NCBI GenBank assembly: GCA_905178155.1
Contig: CAJINV010000022.1
Span: forward strand, 462,312-526,311
Reading direction: 5' to 3'
Source of the DNA: Amoebophrya sp. A120
Lineage: Eukaryota; Protista; Dinoflagellata
Length of the DNA: 64,000 bases
In this document: positions 40,001 through 55,000 of the stretch, piece by piece
How positions within the stretch are numbered: the stretch's first letter is position 1
How the letters are laid out: the number at the start of each line of letters is the position of its first letter
Position numbers and translations under genes: made by a program
Notes under the pieces: model-generated
What the model was told of the DNA's origin: nothing
The model's database searches: none
What the model saw: the letters and a program-made list of their open reading frames with translations, nothing else

Positions 40001-43000
40001 CAAAAGGCCGCATTTCCTGTCACAGCAAGGGGGCATTTGTCAAGCTGATTAGGCATTGGGAGACCCGCTCGGAATCTGTGATGCTAGGGCTATTGCCAGA
40101 CGATCTGGGCTAGGCAAAAACTACATTACAAATATCTGCTCTCCTCCAGAGCCAGACATTTTTGCATTTGATAAGGAAAGGCGTATTGCGAAGAAGAAAA
40201 GGGCCAACGCGGCCGGTCGTGGAGTAGCTACCTCTGCTGCTGCTCCTGTGGCTACAACGGATCCTCCGCGGGAGCCATCCTTCGGCGAAAGAGCCCTAGC
40301 GTGGATCGGATATATCGCTGATCGCAGTATCAAATGCAAATATGTCTGGGTCGTCTGGAAGACTGCGAGATTTGTCATGCTTGTCTGGCATGATTCTGGA
40401 CTCTGTGGTGCGTGGCCACAAACAGCTCCCGCCTCTGCCTGTCATGCAAAAACGCAGCTTCTCATGCGGAATACGCAACACAGCGCGACGAAAAAACCTG
40501 TTAATATGCTTGGCGGTGCATTACAGAGTGCTTAGTATTCGCTGGGTTGCACTACAAGTTTCCAGACCCAGACATATTTGCAATGCATACGCATTTCACA
40601 AAGACAAGGTAGCAGGCGCCACCGTCATAGAGGTATCAACCTATCGAAAGGAAAAATCCCGCCTCCCCATATCAAAACGGAATTTCTGATGCTGGATTTG
40701 TGTACACAAATCAGCTTTGTACTGTAGAGAGGCATTGCGGCCAGATCCCCAGGCTAGGTAGGGGTGTATGGGTCTAGTTGTTCAGCATGGCAAACGGCCC
40801 CCCCTTAGGCCCAACAGCATGACAAATCGCTTCCATAATGGGGCGGAAGCTTCTGCCCTTGTCTTCTTGCAAGACAAATGCGATCTGTGGCCTCAAATCA
40901 GCGGCGCAAATTCTTTCGGAAACGTACCTTTTCAATATGGGGAGGGGGGATGTTTCCTTGCAATAGAACCTCGCGCCGTTACATAAGAGCGGCGGCGCGG
41001 CAAAGAACTGCGTTGCGCAGCGGAATGAGCACGTGGAAACGTGCCACGGGGTTGTTGCCTGCTGTGACAATAAACTGATTATGGACACCGAGGGGCGCTG
41101 TAGTAATGATTCTTTCCTACTCCCCGATATTCCGCAGCTTGACAATTACCAACGGGCCAAAAGCGACATTGAAGTTCAATTTCTCGCGCCGCCGGTTTCT
41201 CCGGCGGCCAGGCCTCTGCACCGGTTGCGCTGCAAGGATGGTTGTAATTGTACCGACGGTATCAAATGCAAAAATGTCTGGGTCTGGAAGGATCCGAACT
41301 TGTGATGAGAATTCCACTACACGCGCAAATCTCTCATGCATAGGCAGCAAAAGGTGCCTATTTCCTGTCACCAAAAACGGGGACTTGTCATGCGGATTAA
41401 GGAGCATTGCGGAACGTTCTCGAAATCTGTGATGCTAGGGCTTCCATAACAGACCTTCTGTGTCATGCAAAAACAGCATGATAAAAATCTGCATTCTTCC
41501 AGACCCAGACACTTTTGCATTTGATAGACGGTTCTTGCTTCGGGCAGCAAATCTGCGAGCATCCCTGTCAGCGAGACAACATCCAGGCCCTACTGCAAAA
41601 CGGTCCCGGCATATCGCGAGAAAAAAGTGTTACAGTTACACACTTGTTGGAGTTTCTGCATCACAAGTTTATTATTTCTCTGTATGGCAGAGAAAACTTG
41701 TAATGCAAAGATCCTAAGGGAAATAAAATACGTAGAAAACGAGGATCGCAAGCATTTACTGCATGACAAAGGTTGTCTGTCGTCCGGCTCCTGCAACACA
41801 ATGTGTAGCTGTAACACTTTCTTCTTGCGATACGGCATGATGCTTGATCCAAACTATGCCAGGCTCACGTTCCTGCAGGATGAGATTTTTTACCGCCAGA
41901 ATTCCGGTTTGGGCTTATGGTGAGGAAAAATCCTCCCTCCCCATACCAACACGGGACACATGTGAAAATTTGTGATGCTGATTTGTGACCACGAATCGTC
42001 TTTGTATTGCAAGAATGCAAATCGAAAAATCCCGCCGCGTTCTGCAGGCAATTTGTGATGCTGTATGGCCTACAGCGGAACAAGTGCCCGCCTCGCTAGG
42101 GGCCTACCCCAAAACGCCCCTACTCAGGCTCTGTATCTGCCTGCAGTCCTCTACTGCAAGAAAAAGCTGATTTGTGTACACAAATCCCGCATCACAGATT
42201 TGCATTCCGACATGGGGAGGGAGGATTTTTCCTTTTGATAGGGCTGCGGCGCCCTTGCGGTCACTGGCGTAAACGAGATCAACAAGAATTTTGTGCGCGG
42301 CCACTTCTTCTTTGCCGCTGCCTATTGGGTTGGTGGGGCGGCCATGGTTGGTGCCTCCGGGGGCATGGCGGCACCATTCGCAGTACACATGTTGAGTCCG
42401 GGCGTGCACAGCATCACGAATGCATTTCGCGCTAGGCATCAGCGCGACACCAATTGGCACCAATTTGGCAAGCAAAGTTTTTTGACTATGATGCAGCTCA
42501 CACGGCAAATACATGGTGCGTTCAACGCAGAAGGCGGTGATGGAAACGCATTGCAAACGCAAAATGGTGGAGGTCTCCAGCAGGGGCAACGGCACAGAGA
42601 AGGCGGTCGCAGCCCGCTGTCCACTTTTGCTCTCGTAGCCGGGCTAGATGTTGGCATTCAGCTGGTGGAGGACATTGCGTGGCCAATTATTGTGAACGAT
42701 TGGCTGTGGCCGAAGATTATCGAAGCCCAGTTGCCTATCGCAAGAAACAGCTGGTTCACTGTGAACTTGTGATGCACAGAATGCCACACGCAAGTGTTTG
42801 TCATCTTGCTAGAATCGCATTCTTGGACATGGGACTTATACCAGGTGTGTTTTCATCCCGTGGAAAACTTGCATGGCAAATTTTCTCCGTCAGCTTTGGC
42901 GAAGAACAACTTGTGAAGATACAGACATTGCAAAATCACCACAGTGAAACAGCTTTTTCGTTGGATATTGCCCTCGCAGAGACAGTTTTGGAAAACGACA

Positions 43001-46000
43001 CTGGAAGGCATGTTCTTCTCCGACGCAGGCAGGCCCGGAACAAGGGGCTCGCAAACAACGATCACAGGGTCGCTGTCAACTACAGGCCGTCACGAGCTGC
43101 AACAAGACCGCACATTTACATTACCTTCATTACTACAAAACGTCTTGCTGCAGCTTCTTTGGAAGGAGAAGACAGATCCTGAGTACGGGTATCAAAATGA
43201 AAAATCCTCCCTCCCCACATCGAAACGAAATTTCTGATGCTGGATTTGCGTACACAAATCAGGTTTGTATTGCAGTAGAGGACTGCAGGACCATATCATG
43301 TCAATGTAGAGAGGTTTTGGCCTAGGCATGCAGCATGAGGAACGTCTATGCTGTAGTCCCAGCAGCACTACAAATCGCCTGCATAATGGGGCGGAGCCTG
43401 TGCCGTTCCTTTCTTGCTAGACAGACACGATTTGTGATCACAAATAAGCATCACAAATTCTCTGAGGTGTACCTTTTTGATATGGGGAGGGGGGATTTTT
43501 CCTTTCGATAACCGGGCGCTGCACCTCAGCCACTACGCCGGGACGAGGGTCGCGTTTCTCAACGCATCGAGAATATGGAAGTGTCAGGATTGAAATCGAC
43601 AAAGTTGAATATGATTTGTCAGGCATAAAATGGATGCCAGTTGGAGCCCAATTTCCAATTGGCGCATGACAAATTTTGGCGGTGCCTAAATCCAGTTTGT
43701 AATGCTGTTTGCGTAAACGAAGACGCCTTTTGTAATGCTACTTTAGCAGCTCTATTTCTACCCCTCAACAGGCTTACAGCCTGCCTCCCTTGCCTACTCT
43801 GCAAGACAGGCTCTTTGTGGGTTGCATTTTATGCATCGCAAACTATTTCATTTTCAACTTTGACGATTTCAATCCTGACGCCTCGATAGAGAAAGTTCCT
43901 GAAGTATCACATGAACAATAGTCACGCTTCGCTTCTGCGAAACCTCGAGGAATGGGAAAGCAGCTCGGTTGCTTGGGAATTAGAAAGCGTCGAGCAAACG
44001 GCGCCGGCAGGAGCTCCAGCTCCTGCTGCGCAGCTCCCTGGTCATGCAATAAACATGGATGAAGATGAAGATGAACAATCTCATCTCGAAGAGGCCGGTG
44101 AACAAGTAGACGCTGAGCGGTGGCAGAGAAACGAGGATGCACTGACTCAGGAATTCAACGCAGCACTGGATGAAGTGCGGGAAGCTTTGGTAAACGACAG
44201 ACATTGGACCGAAAATACCATTGCCGAGTTTTTCACAGTCGTGCAACGAAAGTGGGAGACCTTGAAACAGACCTTGTCGCGCGGTCCACTTGCAGGTGTG
44301 GACTGGGACTTTGTGGGCGGGATAACGCAGGTCTTGCAATTCGTTGTGCAGGTTGCCGAAACGTATCTCGCTTTTGCAGCTCCCGGCCAAAACGACAGCG
44401 GCGGGAATGACGATGACCCCTTATCGCGCATGCGGTCATTGGCAACGACGGCGCTGCAGCTTATCGTGCCCTTCCTTCGCCTGATTAGTGGTGTCGTGCA
44501 GGCGTCGACGATGGGGGCCGCCTACGAGAAATTTGCCCCGCGCTGGCTGTTATCCTGTGCAAAAGTATCGTGCTCGTATTGCACTCATGCATTACAAATC
44601 TTGTTCTTAAGGCAAATCTGCATTACAAATTTTATTTCTCATGCGGAGCCGTCATCTTGCTGGGCACAACCAACATCTGTCCAAAACAGCCTAGGGCCAG
44701 GATGACACCGTGAGGACGACCACAGGGGGGCCGTCTCAATGAACTGAAATGAAATGAAAACGCTGAGGAAATTTGTAATGCATTTATACGAACGAGTGCG
44801 ATACTTTTGCAGTTCATAGCTGTACCGCGAAACAACGGAAGACCTCTGGCGAGAGGAAAAGTTCCAGAAGATTTGCAGAAGTAGCCCTGATATCAAATGT
44901 AAAAATGTCTTGGTCTGGAAGGGTTGGAACTTGTGATGCAAACTCTGGAACACACAAAAATTTGTGTTGCATGAGCACCAAAAGCTGTCCATTTCTTGGC
45001 ACGCAAGTAGGAAGTTTCTCATGCGGTACAGGCATCATGAGGCGTGCTCAAAACCTGTGATGCTTTTGCCTGCATCAGACGCCACTTGCGTGATCCGAAA
45101 TATGCATGACAAATCTCAGAATCTTCCAGACCCAGACATTTTTACATTTGATACCTGAAGCTGAAGACGAGCAATCCTCGTTGCCTATCAAGTGTAAAAA
45201 TGTCTGGGTCTGGAAACTTGTGATGCTAAAAGTGAATGGTAGACGGACTGCAATACGCAGCTACGCATGACAAATTTTTTCCCTCCCATGTCTTACGTAT
45301 TCCGCATGGCAAACTGCGTTTTTGCATGACAGGTAAGAGGGCCTTTTCATGCTTATGCAACACAGATTCTCGAATCATGCCAGACAAGCATGACAAACTT
45401 GCATTCTTCCAGACCCAGACATTTTTGCATTTGATATTGCCCGGAGCAGAACAAAAAGAGCACAGGTTTCGTAAAGTCTTCTTCAACAACCAGAATACCG
45501 ACAGGGCCTTGGCTTTGAATTTAAATCCCTGCTCGAATATGGGACTCTCAAACGTTACATTCTCAACTGATGTTTACATGATTTGTAGTCATGCAAAATT
45601 AACATAAAGCATTTTAAGGAACGAACCACACGACCAAGCGGGTGCGCATGACAAATTCCCGAAGGGCTAAACAGCATGGATGAAATGATTTGTGCCATCA
45701 AATTCGTGATGCTAGAGTTGCAAGATCCTCCCGTTCACTTTCGCTGTTCTTGCATTACAAATTCATGTAACAGTTGAGAATGTAACGTTTGAGAACAACC
45801 TGATATCGATGAGCAGAGACGTTGATGTCAAGGACTACTGTAGTTGCCTCCTGTCGGTCACGCAGCACCACGAGTTTTTCAGGGGCGCGCAATGGTCTGA
45901 ACCAAAGAAGTATCGAATGCAAAAATGTCTGGGTCTGGGAGGATGGAACTTGTGATGCTGTTTTTTGATTTGAAAAAAATCTGTATTGCATGACCAGCAA

Positions 46001-49000
46001 GAGGAGTCGTGTTTGTGCTACGCGGAGAGGGCATTTGTAATGCGGGATAGGCATCTGGAAGCCCTCTAAAGATTTGTGATGCTGTCTTATGCATTACAGG
46101 CACCATGGGCCATGCAAAATATGCATGACAAGCCTAGCAATCTCCCAGACCCAGACACTTTTACATTTGATAAGAAGGCGGACTGGTTGGCATCGCGAAT
46201 GTACACGGTGCAAGAGAAGGTTTCGGAGGCTTGGTTCTTAGACCGGGGTACTTCTAGGTTGCATCCAAAATACCACTCGGTGTCATGGTCGAAGGAGCTC
46301 TTGGCCGTGCTGTTTTTGAAAAGGATGCGACCGTCTTCTGCGACGTTCTTGCGCTCCTCCGCCCAACTGTTAGCCGGGCAGATGACGCGCGGGACGGTGC
46401 AAAGCGACGTGCAGACTACACGAGACATCGACGCCCCGCGCCAGAACTTCAACCTTGACGAGTTTCACGCGAAAGAACTGGTCCGTGATCTGGCAGACGA
46501 CATCGCCAAAACCTTCCTGGACTTGATCCAGGAAGAAATCGTCGCTCCGGCAGCAGAATTCGTCCAAGTAGCTATCAAAAGGAAAATAAATCCCCCCTCC
46601 CCATATCGAACCGAAATTTCTGATGCTGGATTTGGATACACAAATCAGCTTTGTGTTGCGGTGGAGGACTGCAGGCATATGCGAAGCCTGACCAGAGAGG
46701 TTTTGACATAGGCAACCAGCATGACAAAACTCTGCGCTGTAGGACCAACAGCATCTTCACAAAACGCCGGCATAATACGGCGGAGCCTATGGGCTTGCCT
46801 TCTTGCAAGACAGAGGTCATTTGAGGTCACAAATCAGCATTGCAAATTTTCTGAGGCGTGCCTTTTCAATATGGGGAGGGGGGATTTTTCCTCACAATAG
46901 TAGCCGTTCCGTGGGCTGCTCGGTACATGATGCAAAAGAAGCTCTGGACACCCGCGTTTAAGGAGTACCAACAACGGATACAGCAGGGCAAGAATCCCGT
47001 GGATGTCTCGTCACCGCACGATGACCAAGGAGGAGAACCTATCCTGAGCAAAAACGTCCTCACGACCCCAGAGTTGCCATGCGGATCATGTTGATTTGCA
47101 GTTACACTTACAGCAAGATTTGATCATGTAGTGCGCATCCCCATAAGGGGCGTTATTTCCAATCGTGTTTTGGGGAAATTGTAACTATGCCGTAGACCAC
47201 AGGATGTGATTGTGAATGATTAGACTGCAACTATGCTAAACTCTGCACTACAATAGAAAAAAGAACTTTTCTCCTGCACGACTCCCAATAATAAACATAA
47301 AGCGTCTGGATTTTTTAAGATTTTCGTGTTGCAAGATCCTGGTCTTGACTCTGGGGTCGTGTGGGCTCCTCTTTTGCACAGGATAGAACCCCCGTCCCTG
47401 CTGCCGCAAATGCTCGCGCAGGCTGCCAGCCGGGACAGCGAGCAAGCCCTGGTGTCGGCGCTGAGTAGTTCCACGTCGACGTCTATCGTACGAAAAAACT
47501 GTTTCACTGTACGGATTTTGCAAGTTTTGCATCTCAAGTTTGTTCTACACCAGAGAGAAAATTTGCCATGCGAGATTCCTAAGGGAAAACACAGCTAAAA
47601 ATCCACTGTCTTGCATGTGTAGCAAGACAAACACTTCTCAGCTGCATTTTCTGCATTACAAGTTTACAGTGAAACAGTTTTTTCTTGCGATAACGTCGGC
47701 AGAGACAACCACCGCCGGCAGAGCGGCCACCGCCCCTTCCGGAACACCGGGGACTGCAGGAGCCTCAGCCTCGGCTATCCTGTGTAAAAACGTCCCCACC
47801 CCAGAGTTGTCATGCTGATTTCCAATGACAGGAAGATTTGTGATGCGCATACCCATGGTAGGCATTCCCAATCGTGTTCTGAAATTTGTAATGCTGTAAA
47901 CAGGTGGATAAGCAGGTGGATTTGCAATGCGGCTGTCCACACTAAGCTGCACTACAGTACGAACTGAAGTTTGTCATGCGTGACCACCAAAACTTCTAGG
48001 TTTGTGTTGCAGAGTCCCCATCTTGACTCTGGGGTGGGGACGTTTTTACTCAGGATATCGGCGCAGGTGGATTCTGCTGCGGGAATGTCAGGCTCATCGA
48101 TGCCTCAGCGGGGGAGACCGCGGACTCGGACCAGAAGAGGCGACCGTGGGAGTGAGCGGCAAAGGGCGAGCAACAGGTTGTACCAACTGGAAAGGAGCGA
48201 CCGCACTGGAGGTGCTAGGCGACAGAGATCTGCACGAAGTGCGGGGCAGCGGAACACCCGCCAGCAGCCGAACGCGGCGGCGTCAGAAGGATCAAGAGCC
48301 GCACAACCCGGGGCTGGTGCCTCGTCCAGTGGCTTAGTGCGACGGGGTAATACGAACAGGGCAGCTAGTACGAGTGTCCCGGGCGGCGCCCTGACCGCTA
48401 GTAGCTCACATGCAATAAGCGGAGGCGAGGACTCTGTGGCGCCTACTGCTGCGGCCTCGACGCCGGCCATGATGATGCCCGGAAGACGAGCAGGCCCGCT
48501 GACCGGTGGGCGTATCGCCTTTGGCCCATCTTCATCATCCTCAAGTGCAGTGTTAGTGGAGCCTTCAGGACTGACGGGCGCTGGTTCGTTCACCGCAAAT
48601 ACCGGTGCACCGGCGCCCCAGTCTGAAAACGCCATGGGCCCGAGCACTTTTGCGGCCGTCGCGCAGAATGCGCATCGCAACGGCTCAGGAGCTTCGTCGT
48701 CATCGTTGCATGGAGGAGCGGAAGGGCCAGCTGCTGCTGCGCCAAGTTCGATAGCAGCTGTGCGGCCAGAACCCGGGCGCAGGTATCGTCTTGGTGCTAC
48801 CGGCTTAGTTCCAGCAAGCCCTCCGCGCGGTAACGGTGCTCCCAGTAGTACAACTTCGTCCGCAGCAAACCAGCAACAACCACCAGCAGGACCCAAACCA
48901 GGGGCAACCGCGGCGCAGTCGCAGCAGCGAGGCAGGGGACGAAGCGGCGCTGCGAACCTCTCCCCGGAAGAAGTCGTGAGAGCCGCTGCTAGCAAGCTTT

Positions 49001-52000
49001 CTCGTGACGCCCGACAACAAGTGGGGAGAGCTTCGTCCACACCCGGTACGACAAGTTCGGATCCTTCCTCTCAACACCCAGCTCGGATGGGGCCGCCAGC
49101 TTCAACGTATGGCGTTCTTACACGTTACATTCTCAACTGTTACATGACTTGTCGTTGTCCTCAAGCAAAGTTACAATCAGAATAGACACGAGCGACCAAG
49201 CTGCTTCGCATGACAAATTCTCGAAGGGCAAAGCAGGCTGTTAAGAATCTGTGCCAAATTTTTCATGCAAGGCGCGCAAGGTTTCCTGTGCGAACATGCA
49301 ACATAGACACACAAACCAGACCGAGAAATCTACGAGCGAAGCAGATAAGCTACAATGTTAGTGGGGGTTGGAATTCGAACAATAAGGGCCTAAATGGGTG
49401 CATTGCCTCTGTCTAGCGTTCTGCCGTAGCGCTCTAAGACTCTTTATCTAGTTTCCTTCTTCGTCCTGAAGTTATACTCGAGAACCCTGAGCGTGAGCCA
49501 AAATGGCTACGTTGAGGTGATGTGTGCGTGGTTCCTTCCTAATTGGGCCCGGTCCTATTTCAGTACCATCACCACCATCGCCATGCCTTCACTTCCTGAC
49601 CTTGTTTTGCTTTTCTTCAAATCGCATTCGTTCGATCTGGTCCGACTTGCCTATACGCCCACCCCCCTTTCACTTTTGCCCTTCATCTATTTGCATCAGT
49701 AATAATAAACCCTACTCCTCATGTATACAGTTGGGAGTGTAACAGCTGAGACCGCCATACAACGCAGCCACCGGGCGCAGCTGGTGGCGCGCCAGCAGCT
49801 TCCTCTTCGAGTGCTCCACAAACCCGCAATGGCACCCGCCGCCGTAACAACGGCAGTACAAGTAGTGGAGGCGGCGGCAATAATGGTGGCGGCGGTAATA
49901 ATGGTGGCGGCGGCAATAATGGTGGCGGCGGTAGTGGTAGCGGCGGTAGCAGCGGTGGCGGCGGTAGTGGTAGCGGCGGTAGCAGCGGCGGCGGCAGTAG
50001 TGGTAACGGCGGCGGCGGTAGTGGTTGTGGCAGTAGCGGCGGGGGCGGTAACAGTGGCGGCGGAAGTAGTGGCAGCGGCGGAGGCAGCAGTGGCAGTGGC
50101 GGCGGAAATAGTGGTAGCGGCGGCTGTAGTGCTGGCGGCGGTAGTGGGAATGGCGGTGGGCGTTCCCACAGTCTATGAGATTACACAACCCCCCCTCCCC
50201 CTCATTTGCAATGCAAAATGCCAAATATTCCTGTTCTTGCTGCCTTCTGGCGCTGTTTGGATTATAGATTCTGGAAGCCCAAACATTACTACACCCAGCG
50301 CATGCATTTGTAGTGCGCAGCGTCCACACCCACATGTATCTGAGTTTGTATTGCTGCTCATGCCATATTACACAGGAGGGGGACGAGGGGTAGTTGTGTA
50401 CTCTCATACAGTCATGGTGGGAGTGCGTATCCACAAAAAAATATATATTTTTCACAACTGTGAGTTTGCCTTGTACGTATTCCATGTATGATGCTGCAGC
50501 GTGACGGGTGTTAATTCGCGCAAACATTTTTCCTGTTGGGCCGCATAAAGTAAGTAGAAAGAAGCAGCTCGGGTTTTTCTGATAGGAAGCGAGCCTTGTT
50601 TGTCACATTAGTGGCTCAACAAGCGATGTGAATTTTTCATTATCATAGTACCAAACATCCAAAAACACAATAGAAAAATGCTTTTTTTTGTGCGATAGCG
50701 CTCCAGGCGACGGTGGTTCTGACGTGGGCGGCCCCGGCGGACAAAGCCTAAACGCGCTGGGGAACAAGTTGCCGGACCTCAAGCGGGGGGGCTTGGAGGG
50801 GTATCGCCCGTGTTGTTTGGTTTCTATTTTGGCTACGCGTGATGCAGAAAATTACAATTAGGGCCATTGTTTTTCTTTTTGATTGCATGGACCGAAGCAT
50901 GGTCGCGCTGTGCTTCGGTATGGCGAATAAAGCCGCACACCACCACCCCGATAGATGGGAAGGCCAAACTTTTTTGCTATCGCAAATATTAAGAAAACGT
51001 ATAACAGGCCTTCGAAGCGCCCCCGCCGTGACTCAATCGCATCAACGGCATCTACAGTACCATCGGCTGGCGACCTTTCGCCCAATAACGGAAGGAAAGG
51101 CAAAGAGGGGACGAACACGAAGCGTGGCTTATCAAAAGGAAAAATCTCCCCTCCCCATATCGAAATGGAAATCTGTGATGCAGGATTTGAGGTACCAAAT
51201 CGACTTGTCATGCTAGAAGGCCAAGAGCCGCAGTCGTGGTCCCTTTTGCAGGCAATTTGTCATGCTGTTTCCCACTCTCAGCTGCCTCCTATCATGCTGA
51301 AGATGCAAGGCTCCCCCACGCCACCCAGCACTACAGTCCGCATCTTTTCCCGTGTAGCATGACAAAGCTGATTTGTAACAACAAATCTGCATCACAGATT
51401 TCCGTTTTGATATGGGGAGGGGCGATTTTCCATTTTGATATGGCTCGATATCGTCCGCGGGCAGCAAGAACAGTAACCCGAAGAAGAGGATATCGTCCGC
51501 CGGCAGCCGCAGCAAGAACAGTAACCCGAAGAAGAGGGCCCGAGGACCGCTTATCCAAGAAAAAAACGTTGTTAGTGTAAATTTGTGATGCGCAACATGC
51601 GAGATGATTGCGTCTGTCATGCTTAGCATGCATGGTAGGGTCTATTAAAAGGCGTTTTCACGTACTATCTGCGCATGACAGGTTTTTGCTGTCATGCCAG
51701 ACAAATTTGTAATGCTGTTCCTCCAAAAAAGTTACACCTACAATGTTTTTTTGTTGGATACCGCTTCCGCCAGTCCCACTATTTTCCCCTGATGCTGTAT
51801 GGGGGTGCTTATCAGATTTCATTGGAATCGACAAAGTTGAGGACTTGCAATGCATAAAATCGATACCAGTTAGACCCACACTTTATAGTCGGCGCATGAG
51901 AAATTTTCCTTGTTCCGGAAGCCAGTCTGTCATGCTGTTTAGGGCAAAGGAACTGAACTCCCTTCTGTCATCCTAGAAGTCAGCAGCCCAACTCGCCATC

Positions 52001-55000
52001 CTTAAGACGACTATAATTTGCCTCCCTTGCGTCCTCCGCACTAGAATCACTTGGTTTTGCGTTGCATTTATTTATCTTTATGAATGGGAAACTATATATA
52101 ATTTCAGCTTTGTGGATTTCGGGCCTGACGCTCCCATACGCTGATTTCGGAGAAGCTGTGTCTGGATCGGAGGGACGGCGTGTTCCTGACGTGGTCACCC
52201 TATGGATTGCAAATATGTCTGGGTCCTCTGGAACGCTGCAACTTGTGACGCTCTCTCTGGATGGTGCAAAAATCTGTGTTGCGTGATTAAGTACAAAAAG
52301 CTGGCGTCCACTTTTGACTAAGTTGAGAGGCAGTAATATCCCATTTAGGAGAGGCATGATAGAGATGCTACAGAATCTGTCATGCTGGATCATGTATGTC
52401 AGGCCGCATGGCCCAAGCTCATGGAAAACCTGCATGGCAAGTCTTGTGACCTTCCAGACAGAGACCCATTTGCATTTGATACATCCCAAAGTCCGCGCCC
52501 GCGCCGCCGCTGCGGGATGCCAAGGGGGACATGCTCCAACATCTGTCACTGACAATACGAGATTGCAAACAGTCGTCTCATTTTTGTTCGCAGGACCACG
52601 AAGACCGCAGACAATATATACAGCAATTCACTCTATTTGTAGTTATTTTGATTTTATTTTGCAAAAGTGTTGTGGACAATAAAACTGAAAGTAGCGCGAC
52701 AGCCTTTGAACCGATTGAGGCAAGAAGTGCAATAATTGTATTGCAGCTCCGTGTGGTATTCCTGAGGCTGATCGCCCGGTGAGGGGGCTTCGCCTGTTCG
52801 GTGCGACAGGAGGGACAACTGTTTTCAACATCATAAGACACGCCTGGAACGCCGGGCATACATGTTGAGCCTCTTGTCGTGTCTTCTGGCGATGGAGGAA
52901 GCAGCGGCAACCCCAATCCTTTCGGGGCACCGTATGCAATGCAAAAGCATCGTACTAGTATAAATCGCATGACAAATTTCCTCAGCATGAGAAATAAAAT
53001 TTGTAATGCGGATTTAACCTGAGGAAGAAATTTGTAATGCAAGAATGCGATTAGTACGACTACGATACTTTTGCACAGGATACACCGATGTCCAAAACGA
53101 TTGTCCCGTCACAATCTTCGCGAGCCTCCGTATGGATGTGTCAGGTTTGAAATCGTCAGAGTTGAAGTAGTTTGTCATGCATAAAATGGATGCCAGTTGG
53201 AGCCCAGTTTTCAAGTGGCGCATGACAAGTTTTGGTGGTGCCTAAATCCAGTTTGTAATGCTGTTTGGGTAAGGAAGACGCCTTTTGTCATGCTACTTTA
53301 GCAGCTCTATTTCTACCCCTCAACAGGCTTGCAATATGCCTCCCTTGCCTACTCTGCAAGACAGGCGCTTTGCGGGTTGCATTTTATGCATCACAAATTA
53401 TTTCAACTTTGACGATTTCAATCCTGACGCTTCCATACTCCGGAAGCGCAAGTGGTAATAGCGGCGCTGGCAGTGGAGCAGGTGCAGGCTCCTCTTCTGG
53501 CACTGTTGCCGTTCCGCCGGAAGATCTACGCATGGCAAAAGCATCGTACTCATATTAGTACAAATCGCGCGACATTAAATTTTCCCAGCATGGGAAATGG
53601 AATTTCTTGTATATGTCTATTCACCTTAAGAAGAGACTTGTGCTGCGTGACTGCATAGTTGCAGTCAGGTCACTGCAATTCGTACGAGTGCGATACTTTT
53701 GCAGTGCATAAGATCACTGTAGTGGCGCGCAGTCATCTACAAGTAGCGTTGGCGCGGCGCATGGATCGGAAGCTGCCAGTAGCTATCCATTGCAAATATG
53801 TCTGGGTCTGGAAAAGTGGAAGTTGTGTTGCATGCTGAAAAACCTGTATTGCACAGCCAGCACGACAGGCGCCACTCTTTCGTCATGCAGAACGGCAGCT
53901 TGTGTTTGTGATGCGTGCTACCTACGCATCAGACGGCGTCAAGTAAACTTGTCATGCTTCGCTGCACGACTGGAGAGTGCCAGATTTACCCATACTTTAG
54001 CATCACAAGTTTCCAGACCCAGACATCTTTGCATTTCATAGTAGCTCTGGGACGACGACAAACTCGCGGTCATATGACATTCGGCGCTGCCGGACCGCCG
54101 GAGGAGGCGGCAGCGATCCCGAGCGCGGTGGTCCGGGAGGAGGTCATGATGATGGACCCGGGGGCGGTGGTGGCCCGGGCGGAGATAATGGCGGTAGCGC
54201 AGGCGGCCGTGGTCCGGGAGGAGATCTTCGTCGAGATGGCCTTGATATGCATTGCAAATATACTGTCCGGGTCTGAAAGAATGCGTGCCAGACTTGTCAT
54301 GCAGGTTTTCCATGACCCATGAGGTCTGGTATGTAGGACATAGCATGACAGATTCAGTGAGATCTTTCGAATGCCTATCCTGCATAAAAAGCCTCTTTCT
54401 CCTCTCAAGTTGGTCAAAAGTGGACAACTTTTGGCAATCATGCAACACAGATTTTTTCCCTGATTCAGCAGGTTCAGCATGACAACTTGCAATCTTCCAG
54501 ACCCTGGCACATTTGCAATCCATACTTGCCAAAGATCTTGGAAAAAGCATCAAGGCGTCGGAGAACAAAAGGGCTGCGGCGACGCCAAGGTCCGCCGGAG
54601 ACGGACTGCCCGACAGCACCCCAGAAGCTAGACCACGCCGGCGGTCTACATCCGGCGGGGCATCTAGGGGTTCAAGAACCAGGAGTAGGAGCGCTCCCAG
54701 AAGTACTGGTCAAGGACAAGGAGGAGGGGCCGTTGAAGTAGAACAAGGTGCTGGCGCTCGAAAAACCCGATCCGCCTCGCCTGCGCGCGGTAGCCGTGAG
54801 TCAAGAACGCGGAGTAGAAGCAGCGCCACCAGAACCAGAAATGCACAGGCGACGGTCCCCGAGCCGCCCACACAAGGCGCTGCGTCTTCATCTTATCAAA
54901 TGCAAATATGTCTGGGTCTGGAAGAATGCAAGATTTGTCATGCTCGGCTAGCATGACTCTCAAGTCTGTCATGCACGTTACCCAAGAGCAGCCTCACTTT

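Noticed and set aside
48105-49040. 311-aa minus-strand ORF (also 11679-12458, 12753-13304, 15251-15658)
   Set aside because: Antisense shadows of low-complexity + strand coding sequence; no independent evidence.
49357-49380. tRNA gene on the minus strand (GTTCGAATTCC T-loop-like motif)
   Set aside because: Only the B-box-like segment is present and I could not build a cloverleaf.
49696-50527. Poly-Ala/Thr, poly-Val/Ala and RRHY-repeat ORFs
   Set aside because: Alternative frames or the antisense strand of the Gly-rich exon of the giant gene.
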